NCBI GenBank assembly: GCA_016930485.1
Contig: JAFGGP010000011.1
Location: 51,196 to 115,195, forward strand
DNA: 64,000 bases
From: Candidatus Omnitrophota bacterium
Lineage (GTDB): Bacteria > Omnitrophota > Gorgyraeia > JAFGGP01
Direction: 5' to 3'
Shown one piece after another: positions 38,072-48,370 of the stretch. Below the pieces are notes generated by a model. That model saw only the letters and a list, made by a program, of their open reading frames with translations. It was not told the origin of the DNA and did not search any database. The stretch's first letter is position 1. Each line of letters opens with the position of its first letter. A program made the translations under genes and the position numbers.

Positions 38072-39063
38072 ATAAGATTGTCGTGACGGGCTGCTGCGGT
38101 TTTATCGGGTCTCATGTCGTTGACGCCTTACTCAAAAAAGGGTACGAGGTAACCGGGATCGACGATCTCTCTATGGGGAATATGGACAATATGAGGGACG
38201 CCCTCTCTCAGGGTCATTTTACGTTTGAGAGATGCGACGTGTGCGACGCACAAAAAACAAAAGAGCTCTGTCGTTCCGCCGACGGCATTATACATTTAGC
38301 CGCGTATAAAATCCCCCGTTATAGCAGTGCCCTGCGGACCCTCACGGTTAACTCGTTCGGCACCTACAATATACTGGAGGCGGCACGGGAGGGAAAGGCG
38401 AAGGTTGTATTCGCATCTACCTCCGATGTCTACGGGAAAGGCGCTCAGATTCCCTTTGCGGAAGACGGCGACTCTGTCCTTGGCGCGAGCGATATCAACC
38501 GGTGGGCATATGCCACCTCGAAGCGCTTCGACGAACACCTCGGGTTTGCCTATATCCAGGAGTTCGGACTGCCGGTCGTGATACTCCGCTTTTTCGGTTC
38601 CTACGGCCCGAGACATCACCTGTCCTGGTGGGGCGGTCCGCAGAGCGTCTTTATCAGCGCCTTTCTGAAAGACGAACCGGTTACCATTCACGGCGACGGT
38701 CTGCAGACGCGCACCTTCATGTATATTGCCGATACGGTGCGCGGCGTGCTGGCCGCTTTGGAAAACGAGGAGGCAGACGGCGAAATAATCAACATAGGCT
38801 CTGAAACGGAAGTAACCATACTTAATTTAGCAAAAACTATCTACCGGCTTATGGGGAAGAGCGGTGAGCTGCCGCTCGAATTTGTTCCTTATGCAGCTTT
38901 TAAAAATCGCTATGAGGATGTGAGGAGACGGGTTCCTGATGTGTCAAAGGCCGAAAGACTGCTCGGTTTTAAGGCCAGGGTCGGTCTGGAAGAGGGGCTG
39001 ACCAGGACGATAAAGTGGCAAAGGGCGGCGATTACATCGATGGATAATCTTCAAACGACATGA
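38068..39063 (+). CDS. Extended-SDR NAD-dependent nucleotide-sugar epimerase/dehydratase/decarboxylase (ArnA-C-terminal/UXS-like candidate)
   Basis: VTGCCGFIGSH, YATSK catalytic region. 331 aa. Translationally coupled to the downstream formyltransferase. Confidence 0.65.
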   Translation: MNKIVVTGCCGFIGSHVVDALLKKGYEVTGIDDLSMGNMDNMRDALSQGHFTFERCDVCDAQKTKELCRSADGIIHLAAYKIPRYSSALRTLTVNSFGTYNILEAAREGKAKVVFASTSDVYGKGAQIPFAEDGDSVLGASDINRWAYATSKRFDEHLGFAYIQEFGLPVVILRFFGSYGPRHHLSWWGGPQSVFISAFLKDEPVTIHGDGLQTRTFMYIADTVRGVLAALENEEADGEIINIGSETEVTILNLAKTIYRLMGKSGELPLEFVPYAAFKNRYEDVRRRVPDVSKAERLLGFKARVGLEEGLTRTIKWQRAAITSMDNLQTT

Positions 39064-39857
39064 AAAAAATGCGAATCTATATCATGACGATGGACGAGCC
39101 ATTTTTTTTACCACGCTTTTTTCAGAAAATCGTGGAAACATATAAAGATGAGATAATCGAGATCGGCACCGTATCTTTTATTCCTCCCGGCAAATCCGTT
39201 ATCGCCTATGCACTCAATGAGATGAGGATGATGGGTCCGGGCGCATTTTTCAAGCAGATGTGTCTCTACCTATACTATCGTATATTAGACCGGATCTCGT
39301 CCGTCTTGCCTTTAAAAGGGGTATACTCAGTCAGGGCTTTGGGTGAGCGATACAGCATTCGGGTGCGAAGATTCGGAGATATAAATGCCCCCGAGGTCGT
39401 TGATTATCTAGCGTCCAGAGATATCGATCTTATTGTAAATCAGGCCCCGCAGATCTTTAAAAAGGAGTTACTGAACGTTCCCAGATTAGGCTGCATCAAT
39501 AAACACGCCTCTCTATTGCCAAGATATAGGGGGCTCTATCCTGTTTTTAGGGCGCTTCTGAATGATGAGAGGACGATGGGCGTTTCTATTCATTTTATGA
39601 ACGAAAAAATAGATGCCGGCAGCGTTATAGTCCAGGAATCATTTGTGGTAAAGGAAAGCGAAACCGTCTTTGATATGTATAAGAAGGTCTTTGATATAGG
39701 AGCCCGACTGATGATAGAAGCGATCGAACAGTGTCGTCTGGGTGTGCAGCCGTGTCTCTCTGTTTCTCTTTCGCATGAGTCCGGGGGTCATTTTTTTTCG
39801 GCGCCAAACGATGAAGAGATACATGCCTTTAGAAAAAAGGGATGGAAATTTATATAA
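39060..39857 (+). CDS. Formyltransferase-family protein (ArnA-N-terminal/Fmt-like)
   Basis: INKHASLLPRYRGLYP matches the H-x-SLLP-x-x-RG formyltransferase catalytic loop. Sits between an SDR and a DPM1-like GT2. Confidence 0.65.
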   Translation: MKKMRIYIMTMDEPFFLPRFFQKIVETYKDEIIEIGTVSFIPPGKSVIAYALNEMRMMGPGAFFKQMCLYLYYRILDRISSVLPLKGVYSVRALGERYSIRVRRFGDINAPEVVDYLASRDIDLIVNQAPQIFKKELLNVPRLGCINKHASLLPRYRGLYPVFRALLNDERTMGVSIHFMNEKIDAGSVIVQESFVVKESETVFDMYKKVFDIGARLMIEAIEQCRLGVQPCLSVSLSHESGGHFFSAPNDEEIHAFRKKGWKFI

Positions 39858-39868
39858 GGAAAAATAGC

Positions 39869-40672
39869 ATGATTTATTTTATAGTGCCTGCCTATAACGA
39901 AGAAAAAAATATCGAGACCCTGATTGCCAAAACTGCCGAAAAAATGGAGGAGCTCAATGAAGACTACCGCATTTTGGTCGTCAATGACGGTTCCTCAGAT
40001 AATACCGATCGCATTGTGCGGTCATTCACGGGCAAGGCAAACGTCGACATTCTGACGCATCCGACCAATTTAGGCGTGGGCGCGGCGTTCAGGAACGGCT
40101 TCAAAAAAGCCCTGGCAGAAACTACCGATGACGACATTATTGTGACCAAGGAGGCCGACAACACAAGCGATCTTTCCATATTAAAGGATATGACGCTCCA
40201 GATACGCGGCGGTTCGGACGTTGTGCTTGCCTCCTGTTTTACAAAGGGGGGAGGGGTAAAGAATTCTACCCCGTATCGCCATATGCTCTCCGCAGGGGCA
40301 AATGCGTTGATAAAGCTCTTTTTTAATATGAGGGGACTGCATACATTTAGTTCTTTTTACAGGGCGTATCGCCCTTCTATTCTGCGGACGGCTTTAGCAT
40401 GTTATGGTGGCAGACTTATTGAAGAGCCCGGCTACGAATGCATGGTAGACTCCTTGATAAAATTACACCGGCTTACCAGAAATATTTCAGAGGTCCCCAT
40501 GGTCCTGAGGTGCGATATGAGAGAGGGGAAGAGCAAGATGAAAGTGCTCAGGACAATCAGGGGTTATTTGAGGGTGGTATTTAAAAATCTCTTTTTGTTT
40601 CACGTAGGGAGAACGGGAAGCGATCACGACGATTTTCGCCGGGCAGTCAAAGGAGAGGAAAGAACGACGTGA
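39869..40672 (+). CDS. GT2 polyprenyl-phosphate sugar transferase (DPM1/ArnC/GtrB-like)
   Basis: MIYFIVPAYNEEKNIE...YRILVVNDGSSDNT DXD-containing GT-A core. Start chosen after an AAGGA RBS; the track ORF starts at 39842. Confidence 0.7.
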   Translation: MIYFIVPAYNEEKNIETLIAKTAEKMEELNEDYRILVVNDGSSDNTDRIVRSFTGKANVDILTHPTNLGVGAAFRNGFKKALAETTDDDIIVTKEADNTSDLSILKDMTLQIRGGSDVVLASCFTKGGGVKNSTPYRHMLSAGANALIKLFFNMRGLHTFSSFYRAYRPSILRTALACYGGRLIEEPGYECMVDSLIKLHRLTRNISEVPMVLRCDMREGKSKMKVLRTIRGYLRVVFKNLFLFHVGRTGSDHDDFRRAVKGEERTT

Positions 40673-42231
40673 ACAGAATAAAGAATTACTTTATCGACAA
40701 CGCCTGGCTTATCAGCTTGGTTATGGCTACGTTACTGTTCAGGCTGCCGGGTATTTTTCGGCCTGAAACCATAGGGGATGAAGGTAAGGCAGTTGCTATT
40801 ATACAAAAACCATGGGGGCAGTTTATAGATCAGCTCATTTATCTGGATGCCCACCCGCCGCTCTATTTCTGTTTCATAAAATGGTGGGGCACAATGAGTA
40901 GAGATCTATGGTTTTTAAGGATGTTTTCTATTATGTTGTCTGTCCTGACGTGTATAGTGCTTTTTAAACTCACCCGAAGGCTTTTTAATAAGACGGCGGC
41001 GATCATAACCGCTTATTTATTCACCATCTCCCCGCAACTGGTTTTTGTATTTCAGTATCTGCGGCCGTATGCACTGGCCACTTTCTTCTTTTCCGTTTTT
41101 TTATACCTGGCTGTACTGTTTATGCATGCCGGTTCCTTCAGGAAAGCGGCAGTACTTGGAATATGCCTCGGCGCAATCTCTTTTTTGCTTGCCTATACCT
41201 TTTATCTATCTGTTTTTATTCTCTTTGCCTTTGCCCTGGTTGCTGTAAAGATACTCTTCAAAGATAAAAAGAAATTGTGGCTCTTTCTCTCTTCCCAGGC
41301 CCTCGCCCTGTTGCTCTATGTGCATTGGCTTCCCATACTGCAGGCCCAGACGAGAGAATTATACGCAGGGACGGGAGGCAGCAATCCGTTATTACATGCC
41401 GAAAGAATAGGTTTTTATGCCGGCAGATTGCATGTGGGCAATTTTTGTAAGCTATGTGCCGGCCTTTTGCAGTTCGAGGATATCATAGGGCATTCGAGAA
41501 GATTTTCCGAACGGTTGCCGGCATTCTGGTTGTTTTTTATTACGGGGGCCGCTATCCTTTTTTGCGTGTATATACTGGCTGCATCAATGAAGCATATATC
41601 GAAGAATGAAAGATATAAAAATACGGGCCAGCTTCTTTTGGGAACTCTTATGCTGTCGGTCTTTTTTATTTCATTGAAACTGGTGGCCGGAGATTATGGC
41701 ATCGGATTTCCCGTGCATATGAATATGCGGTATCTCTGTCAGCTATCTATCATAGTCCTTATTATAATGGGTGTTCTCCTGGCGGCTCTCTCTAGAGCAA
41801 AAAGAACCCTCATCCTGACCGGCATCTCTCTTTTTTATATCGCCCAGGTTTTGTATATAAATTCATATCCGATGAATATGTACAGGGCAGCATTTGCATT
41901 TCTGAAAGGAAAGAATGTCGATACGATTATTGCCTGCCCTCAAAGCCCGTCATGGATTGCCTATGTGGATAAAGAGCAGGAGATAGAAAAAAGAGTGAAT
42001 ATCATCGAATGTAGAGATGAGGCGACCGAGAAGAATACCCTCAAACGCGTTTCTTTGCTTGATGAGGTTTGTGTGTATTATTTGAATAAGGCGGAAAATA
42101 CCATCAGATTTACCGGCATATACGAAGATCTGCTGACAGAGTTACATACTATGGGATTTGTTGAGCAGGACGCCAAAAACATAAATGACCTGATTGTGTT
42201 GAAGTATCTGGTACGGCGAACACGCTCATAG
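40669..42231 (+). CDS. GT-C fold polytopic membrane glycosyltransferase (ArnT/PMT_2-like)
   Basis: About 12 TM helices. First periplasmic loop carries GDEGK, a DE-type motif as in ArnT/PMT GT-C enzymes. Lies immediately downstream of the ArnC-like GT2. Confidence 0.55.
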   Translation: MNRIKNYFIDNAWLISLVMATLLFRLPGIFRPETIGDEGKAVAIIQKPWGQFIDQLIYLDAHPPLYFCFIKWWGTMSRDLWFLRMFSIMLSVLTCIVLFKLTRRLFNKTAAIITAYLFTISPQLVFVFQYLRPYALATFFFSVFLYLAVLFMHAGSFRKAAVLGICLGAISFLLAYTFYLSVFILFAFALVAVKILFKDKKKLWLFLSSQALALLLYVHWLPILQAQTRELYAGTGGSNPLLHAERIGFYAGRLHVGNFCKLCAGLLQFEDIIGHSRRFSERLPAFWLFFITGAAILFCVYILAASMKHISKNERYKNTGQLLLGTLMLSVFFISLKLVAGDYGIGFPVHMNMRYLCQLSIIVLIIMGVLLAALSRAKRTLILTGISLFYIAQVLYINSYPMNMYRAAFAFLKGKNVDTIIACPQSPSWIAYVDKEQEIEKRVNIIECRDEATEKNTLKRVSLLDEVCVYYLNKAENTIRFTGIYEDLLTELHTMGFVEQDAKNINDLIVLKYLVRRTRS

Positions 42232-42252
42232 AAAGGGACAGAGAAACTCGAT

Positions 42253-43002
42253 ATGCGTATTACCCACCCTGAAAAAAGGCTTTTTCGCTTTTACGGCGAA
42301 GTAGTAGCGGCACAAAATAGAGAAATAATCCGGTTAATAACCGGAAAAAGGATTTTGGAAGTTGGTTCTGGTTATGGTGCCTTGATTCATCAGATTAAAA
42401 CAGAGAAGACGGATGTAGAAAACATTACGGGGATCGAGATTGATCCGGACTCAATTGATATAGCAAAAAAATTATATAACATCGATATTATGCACTCTTC
42501 GGTTTACCAAATGGATTTCGAGGACAATGCGTTTGACACGGTCATATTGAGACATGTTGTCCATCACTTAAATGAAGACGGCAATTTAAAAGGGGCATTG
42601 GAAGAGATAAAAAGGGTGTGCAGTAGAGAACTCATTATCTTCGACCCAAACCCTACATGGCTCTTGCGTTTTTGCAGAAAGATGATAAGGCATGTGGATC
42701 CCGAGGCCTCTCTGGATTACGTGATAGATGCATTACAAAGGAGCGGTTTTGAGGTCGCATCCTATACGTGGAGAGACGTCCTGGCATTTCCCTTGAGCGG
42801 GGGATTTGTAGGTGCGGAGCTTGTGCCCAACCATGCTGGCATTGAAAACGCCATTCTTCGATTCGATACTTTTTTAAATACTGTCTTGTTAAAACTGCGT
42901 CTGCAAAAGTACTTTTGCTGGCGGTATCTGATATATGCCACAAAGTGCGGTTGTCATGCAGCCGGCGCTTTTGCCGGGAAACAGGAGGTAGGCGCATTGT
43001 GA
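42253..43002 (+). CDS. Class-I SAM-dependent methyltransferase (Methyltransf_11-like)
   Basis: ILEVGSGYGAL motif I and FDTVILRHVVHHL motif II. Confidence 0.65.
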   Translation: MRITHPEKRLFRFYGEVVAAQNREIIRLITGKRILEVGSGYGALIHQIKTEKTDVENITGIEIDPDSIDIAKKLYNIDIMHSSVYQMDFEDNAFDTVILRHVVHHLNEDGNLKGALEEIKRVCSRELIIFDPNPTWLLRFCRKMIRHVDPEASLDYVIDALQRSGFEVASYTWRDVLAFPLSGGFVGAELVPNHAGIENAILRFDTFLNTVLLKLRLQKYFCWRYLIYATKCGCHAAGAFAGKQEVGAL

Positions 43003-43934
43003 TTATTACGGTTCAAGTGGACCTTGACGGGTTATGGGTACTCAAAAAGGCCCTCGGCACCGAAGGGGATCCTGCCGAGGACACACTCTATGAGATTGCC
43101 CTGCGCCGGGCCCTGCAGTTTTTCGCGAAGTTCGGGATAACGGCGACTTTTTTCGTGATTGGGAGAGATCTTGAGATCGGTTGGAAGCGTTCACTGCTCA
43201 AGGACGTGCTCATCAAAGGGCATGAGATTGCCTCTCATGGTTTCAGTCATTCATATCTGACACACTGCGCATCCAGGCACAAGACGGAGGAGATATGGCG
43301 TTCGAGCGAAATTATAAAAAGGGAACTGGGGGTTTCCGCGCAGGGCTTTCGGGCGCCCGGTTATGCTGTTGACGAAGAGACGCTGGAGGTAATACACGAG
43401 GCGGGATTTGTTTATGATTCATCGGTTTTGCCCACCCGGTGGCTGTGGGCACTGTCTCTCCTTCAGAGAATGCGTTCCAATGAAAAGAGCGCCGGATATA
43501 CCGGGGGAAACTGGGGGAACGCCCCGAACCGCCCTTACTTTCATATGCTGAAACAGGGCTCTTTGCCGTTACTTGAAATACCCGTTACTGTTTCGCCGAT
43601 TGGGCGACTTCCGATTCATTTCAGCTATCTTGAGAAGTATCTATCTCCGGGCATCTTTGAATTTTTTATAAAAAAGATTGCCACCAGAGAAGATTTTCTT
43701 AATTTTGTCTTTCACCTGATTGATTTCGTTGACCGGACCGAGGACGATCGCGTCAACAGGCTGCTGTGCCTTTCCCGCGATTGGAAGAAGAAATGCGCCC
43801 TTATTGAGAATGTGCTTACGACGATTACCAAGAGAGGGAGGACGGTTGCTACGCGGGATGCGGCAGAGACCATACGCGCATGCAATACACCCTGTCTGAG
43901 AGAGGAGACGCATGACGTTATTACTTCCCGATAA
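42999..43934 (+). CDS. NodB-homology polysaccharide/carbohydrate deacetylase (ArnD-like candidate)
   Basis: TATFFVIGRDLE and GHEIASHGFSHS NodB motifs. Start placed at the GTG 7 nt after an AGGAGGTAGG RBS, overlapping the upstream stop; the track ORF starts at 42915. Confidence 0.7.
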   Translation: MIITVQVDLDGLWVLKKALGTEGDPAEDTLYEIALRRALQFFAKFGITATFFVIGRDLEIGWKRSLLKDVLIKGHEIASHGFSHSYLTHCASRHKTEEIWRSSEIIKRELGVSAQGFRAPGYAVDEETLEVIHEAGFVYDSSVLPTRWLWALSLLQRMRSNEKSAGYTGGNWGNAPNRPYFHMLKQGSLPLLEIPVTVSPIGRLPIHFSYLEKYLSPGIFEFFIKKIATREDFLNFVFHLIDFVDRTEDDRVNRLLCLSRDWKKKCALIENVLTTITKRGRTVATRDAAETIRACNTPCLREETHDVITSR

Positions 43935-44556
43935 AAGAAATATCTGTGTCACCGGCCCCACAGACCCGACGCACCGGCACTACCAGTTTGGTGTCCGCTA
44001 TTTTATGAATAAGAGGCTGGAGATGGCACTTGAACTGCTTGAGGGGGCTGGCGGGGTGCGGGGGAGGTTTCTGGATGCGGGTTGCGGAGGCGGGGTCTTT
44101 TTACCGGAACTGTCGCGCTATTCCGACCGGCTCTATGCGATTGACATACACCGCAATCTCGCCGCCGTCGAACAAATGTGTAAGAACGAGGAAATCAAAG
44201 CGCATTTTTCATGCGCCTCACTTAAGGATATACCTTTTCAGGATGAGACATTTGATACGGTTATCTCGATTAGCGTACTCGAATTTGTTGACGATCTGGA
44301 GCGTGCCGTGGCTGAACTCAAACGTGTCTTAAAAAAGAGCGGCAGGCTAATCGTTGGCTTTCCTGTGTTAAACTACGTGACCAGACTCGGTTATTTCTTG
44401 ATCGGATGTTTTATCGCGGAGAAGGTCCATACCGCGACCCATACGGAGATCCTGGCGGCTTTAAACAGGGAGTTCAAAAGCGGAAGGGTGAATTATTTTC
44501 CGAAATATGCACCTTCTCATGCCGCACTCTATGCCTGCGGTTTGTTTAGCAGATAA
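43912..44556 (+). CDS. Class-I SAM-dependent methyltransferase
   Basis: FLDAGCGGGVF motif I, FDTVISISVLEFV motif II, AGAGGAG RBS. Confidence 0.6.
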   Translation: MTLLLPDKRNICVTGPTDPTHRHYQFGVRYFMNKRLEMALELLEGAGGVRGRFLDAGCGGGVFLPELSRYSDRLYAIDIHRNLAAVEQMCKNEEIKAHFSCASLKDIPFQDETFDTVISISVLEFVDDLERAVAELKRVLKKSGRLIVGFPVLNYVTRLGYFLIGCFIAEKVHTATHTEILAALNREFKSGRVNYFPKYAPSHAALYACGLFSR

Positions 44557-44568
44557 AAGGGGACAGCG

Positions 44569-46026
44569 ATGAACACGCTTGCGCAGTCTTTACAGGGCAC
44601 ACCCTGTGAAACGAAACAATACTGGATTATCCTAACTTTGATAAGCGCCTGTCTAGGGGCGATTCCATTGATGCCTCTTGAGATACTGTGCCCTCTTACG
44701 ATTATTGTGGGCGGCATCCTGCTGGGGGCGTTATTCATAGGCACAACTGCGCGGGAAGAATTCGATAAGGTATTTACCGTATTTTTTGTGACATTTTTGT
44801 TGAAAGTTATACTGGCGACCGGTCTGGCCACACTCAGTTTGGCTGATGACGGCGACGCGTTTTTTCTCAGCCGGGATGATGCGGCCTACAGCATTGATGG
44901 GGAATGGATTGCCCGGATGTGGAATATGGGGTATTTTCTGAGCCGCTCCGAGATACTTACTGTGTATATGCCCTGGAATGGCTCTTTGGGTAATTATGAT
45001 TTCTGGAATGCGAAAATCTATTATTTCTGCGGGTACAGTCCTTTTTCTTTGCTGTATCTTAACTGTCTTGCCGTGAGCCTCGCGGTCATTTTAGTGTACT
45101 TAATCTGCAGGGAAATGGGATTGAAGAAAGCGGGTATTATAGCCGCATGGTTGACCGCGTTTTGCCCCTCGTTAAACCTGTGGGCTACCCAGAATCTGAA
45201 AGACCCTTTTCTGATTTTGGCGACTCTTGCAGGGGTATGGTCGTTAATGCGCCTGCGGAGGGGGTTTCATTTCGTTGCCTGTATTATGCTTGGAGTAGCC
45301 GGTATACTGCTGTTTTATTTCAGACTGCCTCTGCTTGCCTTATTTATGGCGGTTATTCCGCTGTGGTTATTTTTCACATCGGACATATGGTTTTTGCACA
45401 AGCGCAGATGGATAAAGGTGTTTTTACTGTGTGCCCTTATCGCATTTCCCTTCATGAATGTCATAAGGGCGAGGATATCTATACACCATATATTGGGTAT
45501 TCCAGGGGATACCAACATCTTTCACTGGATAGATTTTAACAGATCGGTCAGGGCCTACGGGGCCACTGCCTTTATGCCGGATGTTGATCTATCGAGTCCT
45601 CTGGCCATTCTGAAATTTCTGCCTGTGGGCATGTTTGTGGCTATTTTTTCCCCGTTCCCCTGGCAGTTGGGGAGCTCCCGTCAGATAGTCAGTGCGCCCG
45701 AGATGCTCCTTGTGTATCTTCTGTTTCCCTACGCCATTGCCGGGATCTCGTATATATGGAAAAACAGGTATCGGGAAACAGCGCTGATTGCCGCCGTTAT
45801 GCTTACCACGTTTAGCTTTATCGCCCTTTTCGATGCGAATATCGGTACTATGTTCAGACATAAGTCCATAGTATTTCCGTTTATCATCATTTTTATCGCT
45901 CAGGGCTACTGTTTGAAGAAGGAAGAGGCCCTTGCGGAAAAGAAGGGTGTTTGTGCGCAGCCAGGGAGAGGCGATACATCATACGCGGGGGATATTTCTG
46001 AAACATGTGATACATATGAGCAATAA
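44569..46026 (+). CDS. Polytopic membrane protein, putative GT-C-like glycosyltransferase or Wzy/ligase-type polymerase
   Basis: At least 11 hydrophobic helices with no soluble domain. Asp-rich first loop (ADDGDAFFLSRDD). Family assignment is uncertain. Confidence 0.35.
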   Translation: MNTLAQSLQGTPCETKQYWIILTLISACLGAIPLMPLEILCPLTIIVGGILLGALFIGTTAREEFDKVFTVFFVTFLLKVILATGLATLSLADDGDAFFLSRDDAAYSIDGEWIARMWNMGYFLSRSEILTVYMPWNGSLGNYDFWNAKIYYFCGYSPFSLLYLNCLAVSLAVILVYLICREMGLKKAGIIAAWLTAFCPSLNLWATQNLKDPFLILATLAGVWSLMRLRRGFHFVACIMLGVAGILLFYFRLPLLALFMAVIPLWLFFTSDIWFLHKRRWIKVFLLCALIAFPFMNVIRARISIHHILGIPGDTNIFHWIDFNRSVRAYGATAFMPDVDLSSPLAILKFLPVGMFVAIFSPFPWQLGSSRQIVSAPEMLLVYLLFPYAIAGISYIWKNRYRETALIAAVMLTTFSFIALFDANIGTMFRHKSIVFPFIIIFIAQGYCLKKEEALAEKKGVCAQPGRGDTSYAGDISETCDTYEQ

Positions 46027-46039
46027 GAGAGTGAACGCA

Positions 46040-47296
46040 ATGTATATTTCTTATTACGGCCTCACCGAGCCCTTACTGCATTCACAGGGCCTTCCCTATA
46101 TAAAGGGACTCTCGAAAGCAGGGGTGCATTTTGATATCCTCTCTTTCGAAAAACCGCACCTCGTAACGCCCGATGCGGTGGACGCTATACAGCAAAAGCT
46201 TTCGTTATATAACATCGGCTGGCGCCGTTTTACCTATCATAAGAGGCCGCGTTTTCTCGCGACGCTTTTTGATGTCATACAGGGCTTTTGTTTTTTGCTC
46301 CGCTATATTCCGGAGAAAAAAATCCATATTGTCCATGCCCGGAGTGCCATTCCTGCCATTATGAGCTATCTGCCGGCCCGTCTGTGGAGAAGGAAATTCA
46401 TATTTGACGTAAGAGGACTCATGGCGGAGGAATATGCGGATGCCGGGACACTCAAAAGATCATCGTGGTTGTTTAAAGTTCTTAACAGAGTTGAAAAGAC
46501 ATTAATTGCCCGGGCAGACGGTATTATCGTGCTCACCGAAAAAATAGCGGGGGCGTTTCGTAACGGATATATCGCCGCGGCAAAGAAACCGCGCATCACG
46601 CAGATTATTCCCTGCTGCGCTGATTTGGAAAAATATACCCCGCAGACGCCGGATACGTTTTTGCGGGACACACTCGGCATTTCAGGCTGGCCTGTTTTTA
46701 TCTATGTGGGCTCGCTCGGAAGCTGGTATGCACTCGATGAGATGCTCGATTTTTTTCTTGCCGCTCAACGGCGCTGGAGAGACGCACAGCTTTTAATCAT
46801 TACGCAATCCGATCGTGCAATGGTAAAAAACCGTCTTTCCTCGAAGGGCGTCTCCGAAAAAAAGACGGTAATTATGGCCGTTGACCATGAGGCCATTCAG
46901 CGATATATCGCGCTTGCGCACGTCGGCCTCCTTTTTTATAAACCGGCTTTTTCCCGGTGCGCAACGTCGCCCACCAAGCTTGCGGAGTACCTTGGGTGCG
47001 GTTTGCCGGTGGTAGTCACAGAGGGCGTCGGCGATACGTCTGAATTGGTAGAGCGGGAGAAGATAGGGACTGTCCTAAAGGATGTTACAGTTTCAGGCTA
47101 TCAGCGCGCCGTCGATGAGATCGAACGTCTGTTATCAGGCAATCATAGAGAGACGGTTGCTCGATGCAGAAGTGCCGCCGAGCGTTATTTTGATATCCAG
47201 ACAGGTATTATGCTTTACCGAAAGGTGTACGGGGCCCTCACAGATCTCCAGGAGGACACCGGGGAGGGAGCCGTCAGAGAAAGTGCGTATGTATAA
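46040..47296 (+). CDS. GT4-family glycosyltransferase
   Basis: C-terminal ...TSPTKLAEYLGCGLPVVVTEGVGDTSELVE region is the GT4 E-x7-E motif. Start ambiguous; the track ORF begins at 45932, overlapping the upstream gene. Confidence 0.7.
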   Translation: MYISYYGLTEPLLHSQGLPYIKGLSKAGVHFDILSFEKPHLVTPDAVDAIQQKLSLYNIGWRRFTYHKRPRFLATLFDVIQGFCFLLRYIPEKKIHIVHARSAIPAIMSYLPARLWRRKFIFDVRGLMAEEYADAGTLKRSSWLFKVLNRVEKTLIARADGIIVLTEKIAGAFRNGYIAAAKKPRITQIIPCCADLEKYTPQTPDTFLRDTLGISGWPVFIYVGSLGSWYALDEMLDFFLAAQRRWRDAQLLIITQSDRAMVKNRLSSKGVSEKKTVIMAVDHEAIQRYIALAHVGLLFYKPAFSRCATSPTKLAEYLGCGLPVVVTEGVGDTSELVEREKIGTVLKDVTVSGYQRAVDEIERLLSGNHRETVARCRSAAERYFDIQTGIMLYRKVYGALTDLQEDTGEGAVRESAYV

Positions 47297-47335
47297 AAGA
47301 TACACAACAGAAGTTCGATTGCTCGCGATTAAATA

Positions 47336-48370
47336 ATGAACAGGGAGGGATGCGTGAATACAGTAGCTGTTGTCGGATGCGGGTATTGGGGGCCAAACCT
47401 TATCAGGAATTTTTTCCAAATGCCCAATGTGCACCTCGCCGCATTATGCGATCTTAATAAAGGGCGTCTGAGCAAGCTTGCTGCGCAGTACAGGATCGAG
47501 AAGATCACGACCGATTATCGCGAACTCATTGCCGATTCCGCCATCGATGCGATTGTCGTAGCGACCTCCGTCTCAACACACTACTCAATAGCCAGGGACT
47601 GCCTTCTGGGCGGAAAAGACGTGCTGGTCGAAAAACCCCTTACCTTTGATGCCGCCCAGGCACGGGAGCTGGTGGATATAGCCAAAAAAGACGGGCGCAT
47701 TCTTATGGTCGGCCACACCTTCGAATTTAATCCGGCCGTTATTAAATTAAAAGAGCTGATTGACTCCGGCGAACTCGGAGACATTTATTATGTATATTCA
47801 ACGCGCCTTAACCTCGGGGTCATCAGGGAAGATATTAATGCAATGTGGAATCTGGCGCCTCACGATATCTCGATTCTGTTGTTTCTTCTGGGAAACATGC
47901 CTCTTGCCCTCAGGGCATTTGGCAAGAGCTATCTCCAGAAGGGCATCGAAGACGTTGTATTCGCTACCGTCGATTTTCCCGGTAATATCTGTGCTCATAT
48001 CCATGTGAGCTGGCTTGATCCGAGCAAGACACGAAAGATAACGGTGGTGGGCAGCAGAAAAATGGTTGTCTATGACGACATTAACAACGAGGGGAAGCTC
48101 TGGATATACGACAAAGGGGTTGACAAGCTTGTCTCCGAGGACGGGGGCTACGGTGAGTTCCAGATTAAACTACGGGCAGGCGATCTTCTGGTTCCGAAGA
48201 TCCAACTCGTTGAACCCCTCAGGAGCGAATGTGAACATTTTATTGAGTGCGTCGAAAAACGCCTGAGGCCCCAGACCGACGGCGAGAACGGCTACCGGGT
48301 AGTGAAAATATTGGAGATAGCGGAAAAATCACTCAAGGCAAACGGAAGGGAAATGGAGGTCACACTGTAA
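47336..48370 (+). CDS. Gfo/Idh/MocA-family NAD(P)-dependent oxidoreductase (WbpB-like sugar 3-dehydrogenase candidate)
   Basis: VAVVGCGYWGPN Rossmann motif and a GFO_IDH_MocA C-terminal region. An alternative GTG start at 47354 has a better GGGAGGG RBS. Confidence 0.75.
   Translation: MNREGCVNTVAVVGCGYWGPNLIRNFFQMPNVHLAALCDLNKGRLSKLAAQYRIEKITTDYRELIADSAIDAIVVATSVSTHYSIARDCLLGGKDVLVEKPLTFDAAQARELVDIAKKDGRILMVGHTFEFNPAVIKLKELIDSGELGDIYYVYSTRLNLGVIREDINAMWNLAPHDISILLFLLGNMPLALRAFGKSYLQKGIEDVVFATVDFPGNICAHIHVSWLDPSKTRKITVVGSRKMVVYDDINNEGKLWIYDKGVDKLVSEDGGYGEFQIKLRAGDLLVPKIQLVEPLRSECEHFIECVEKRLRPQTDGENGYRVVKILEIAEKSLKANGREMEVTL

Noticed and set aside
39842-39868. Upstream extension MEIYIRKNS of the ArnC-like GT2 ORF, and similar 5' extensions of ORFs at 29665, 45932, 54997, 60611 and 50264
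   Set aside because: These extensions overlap the preceding genes substantially and lack an RBS. Internal ATG/GTG codons with SD-like sequences or ATGA coupling give starts that match family N-termini.
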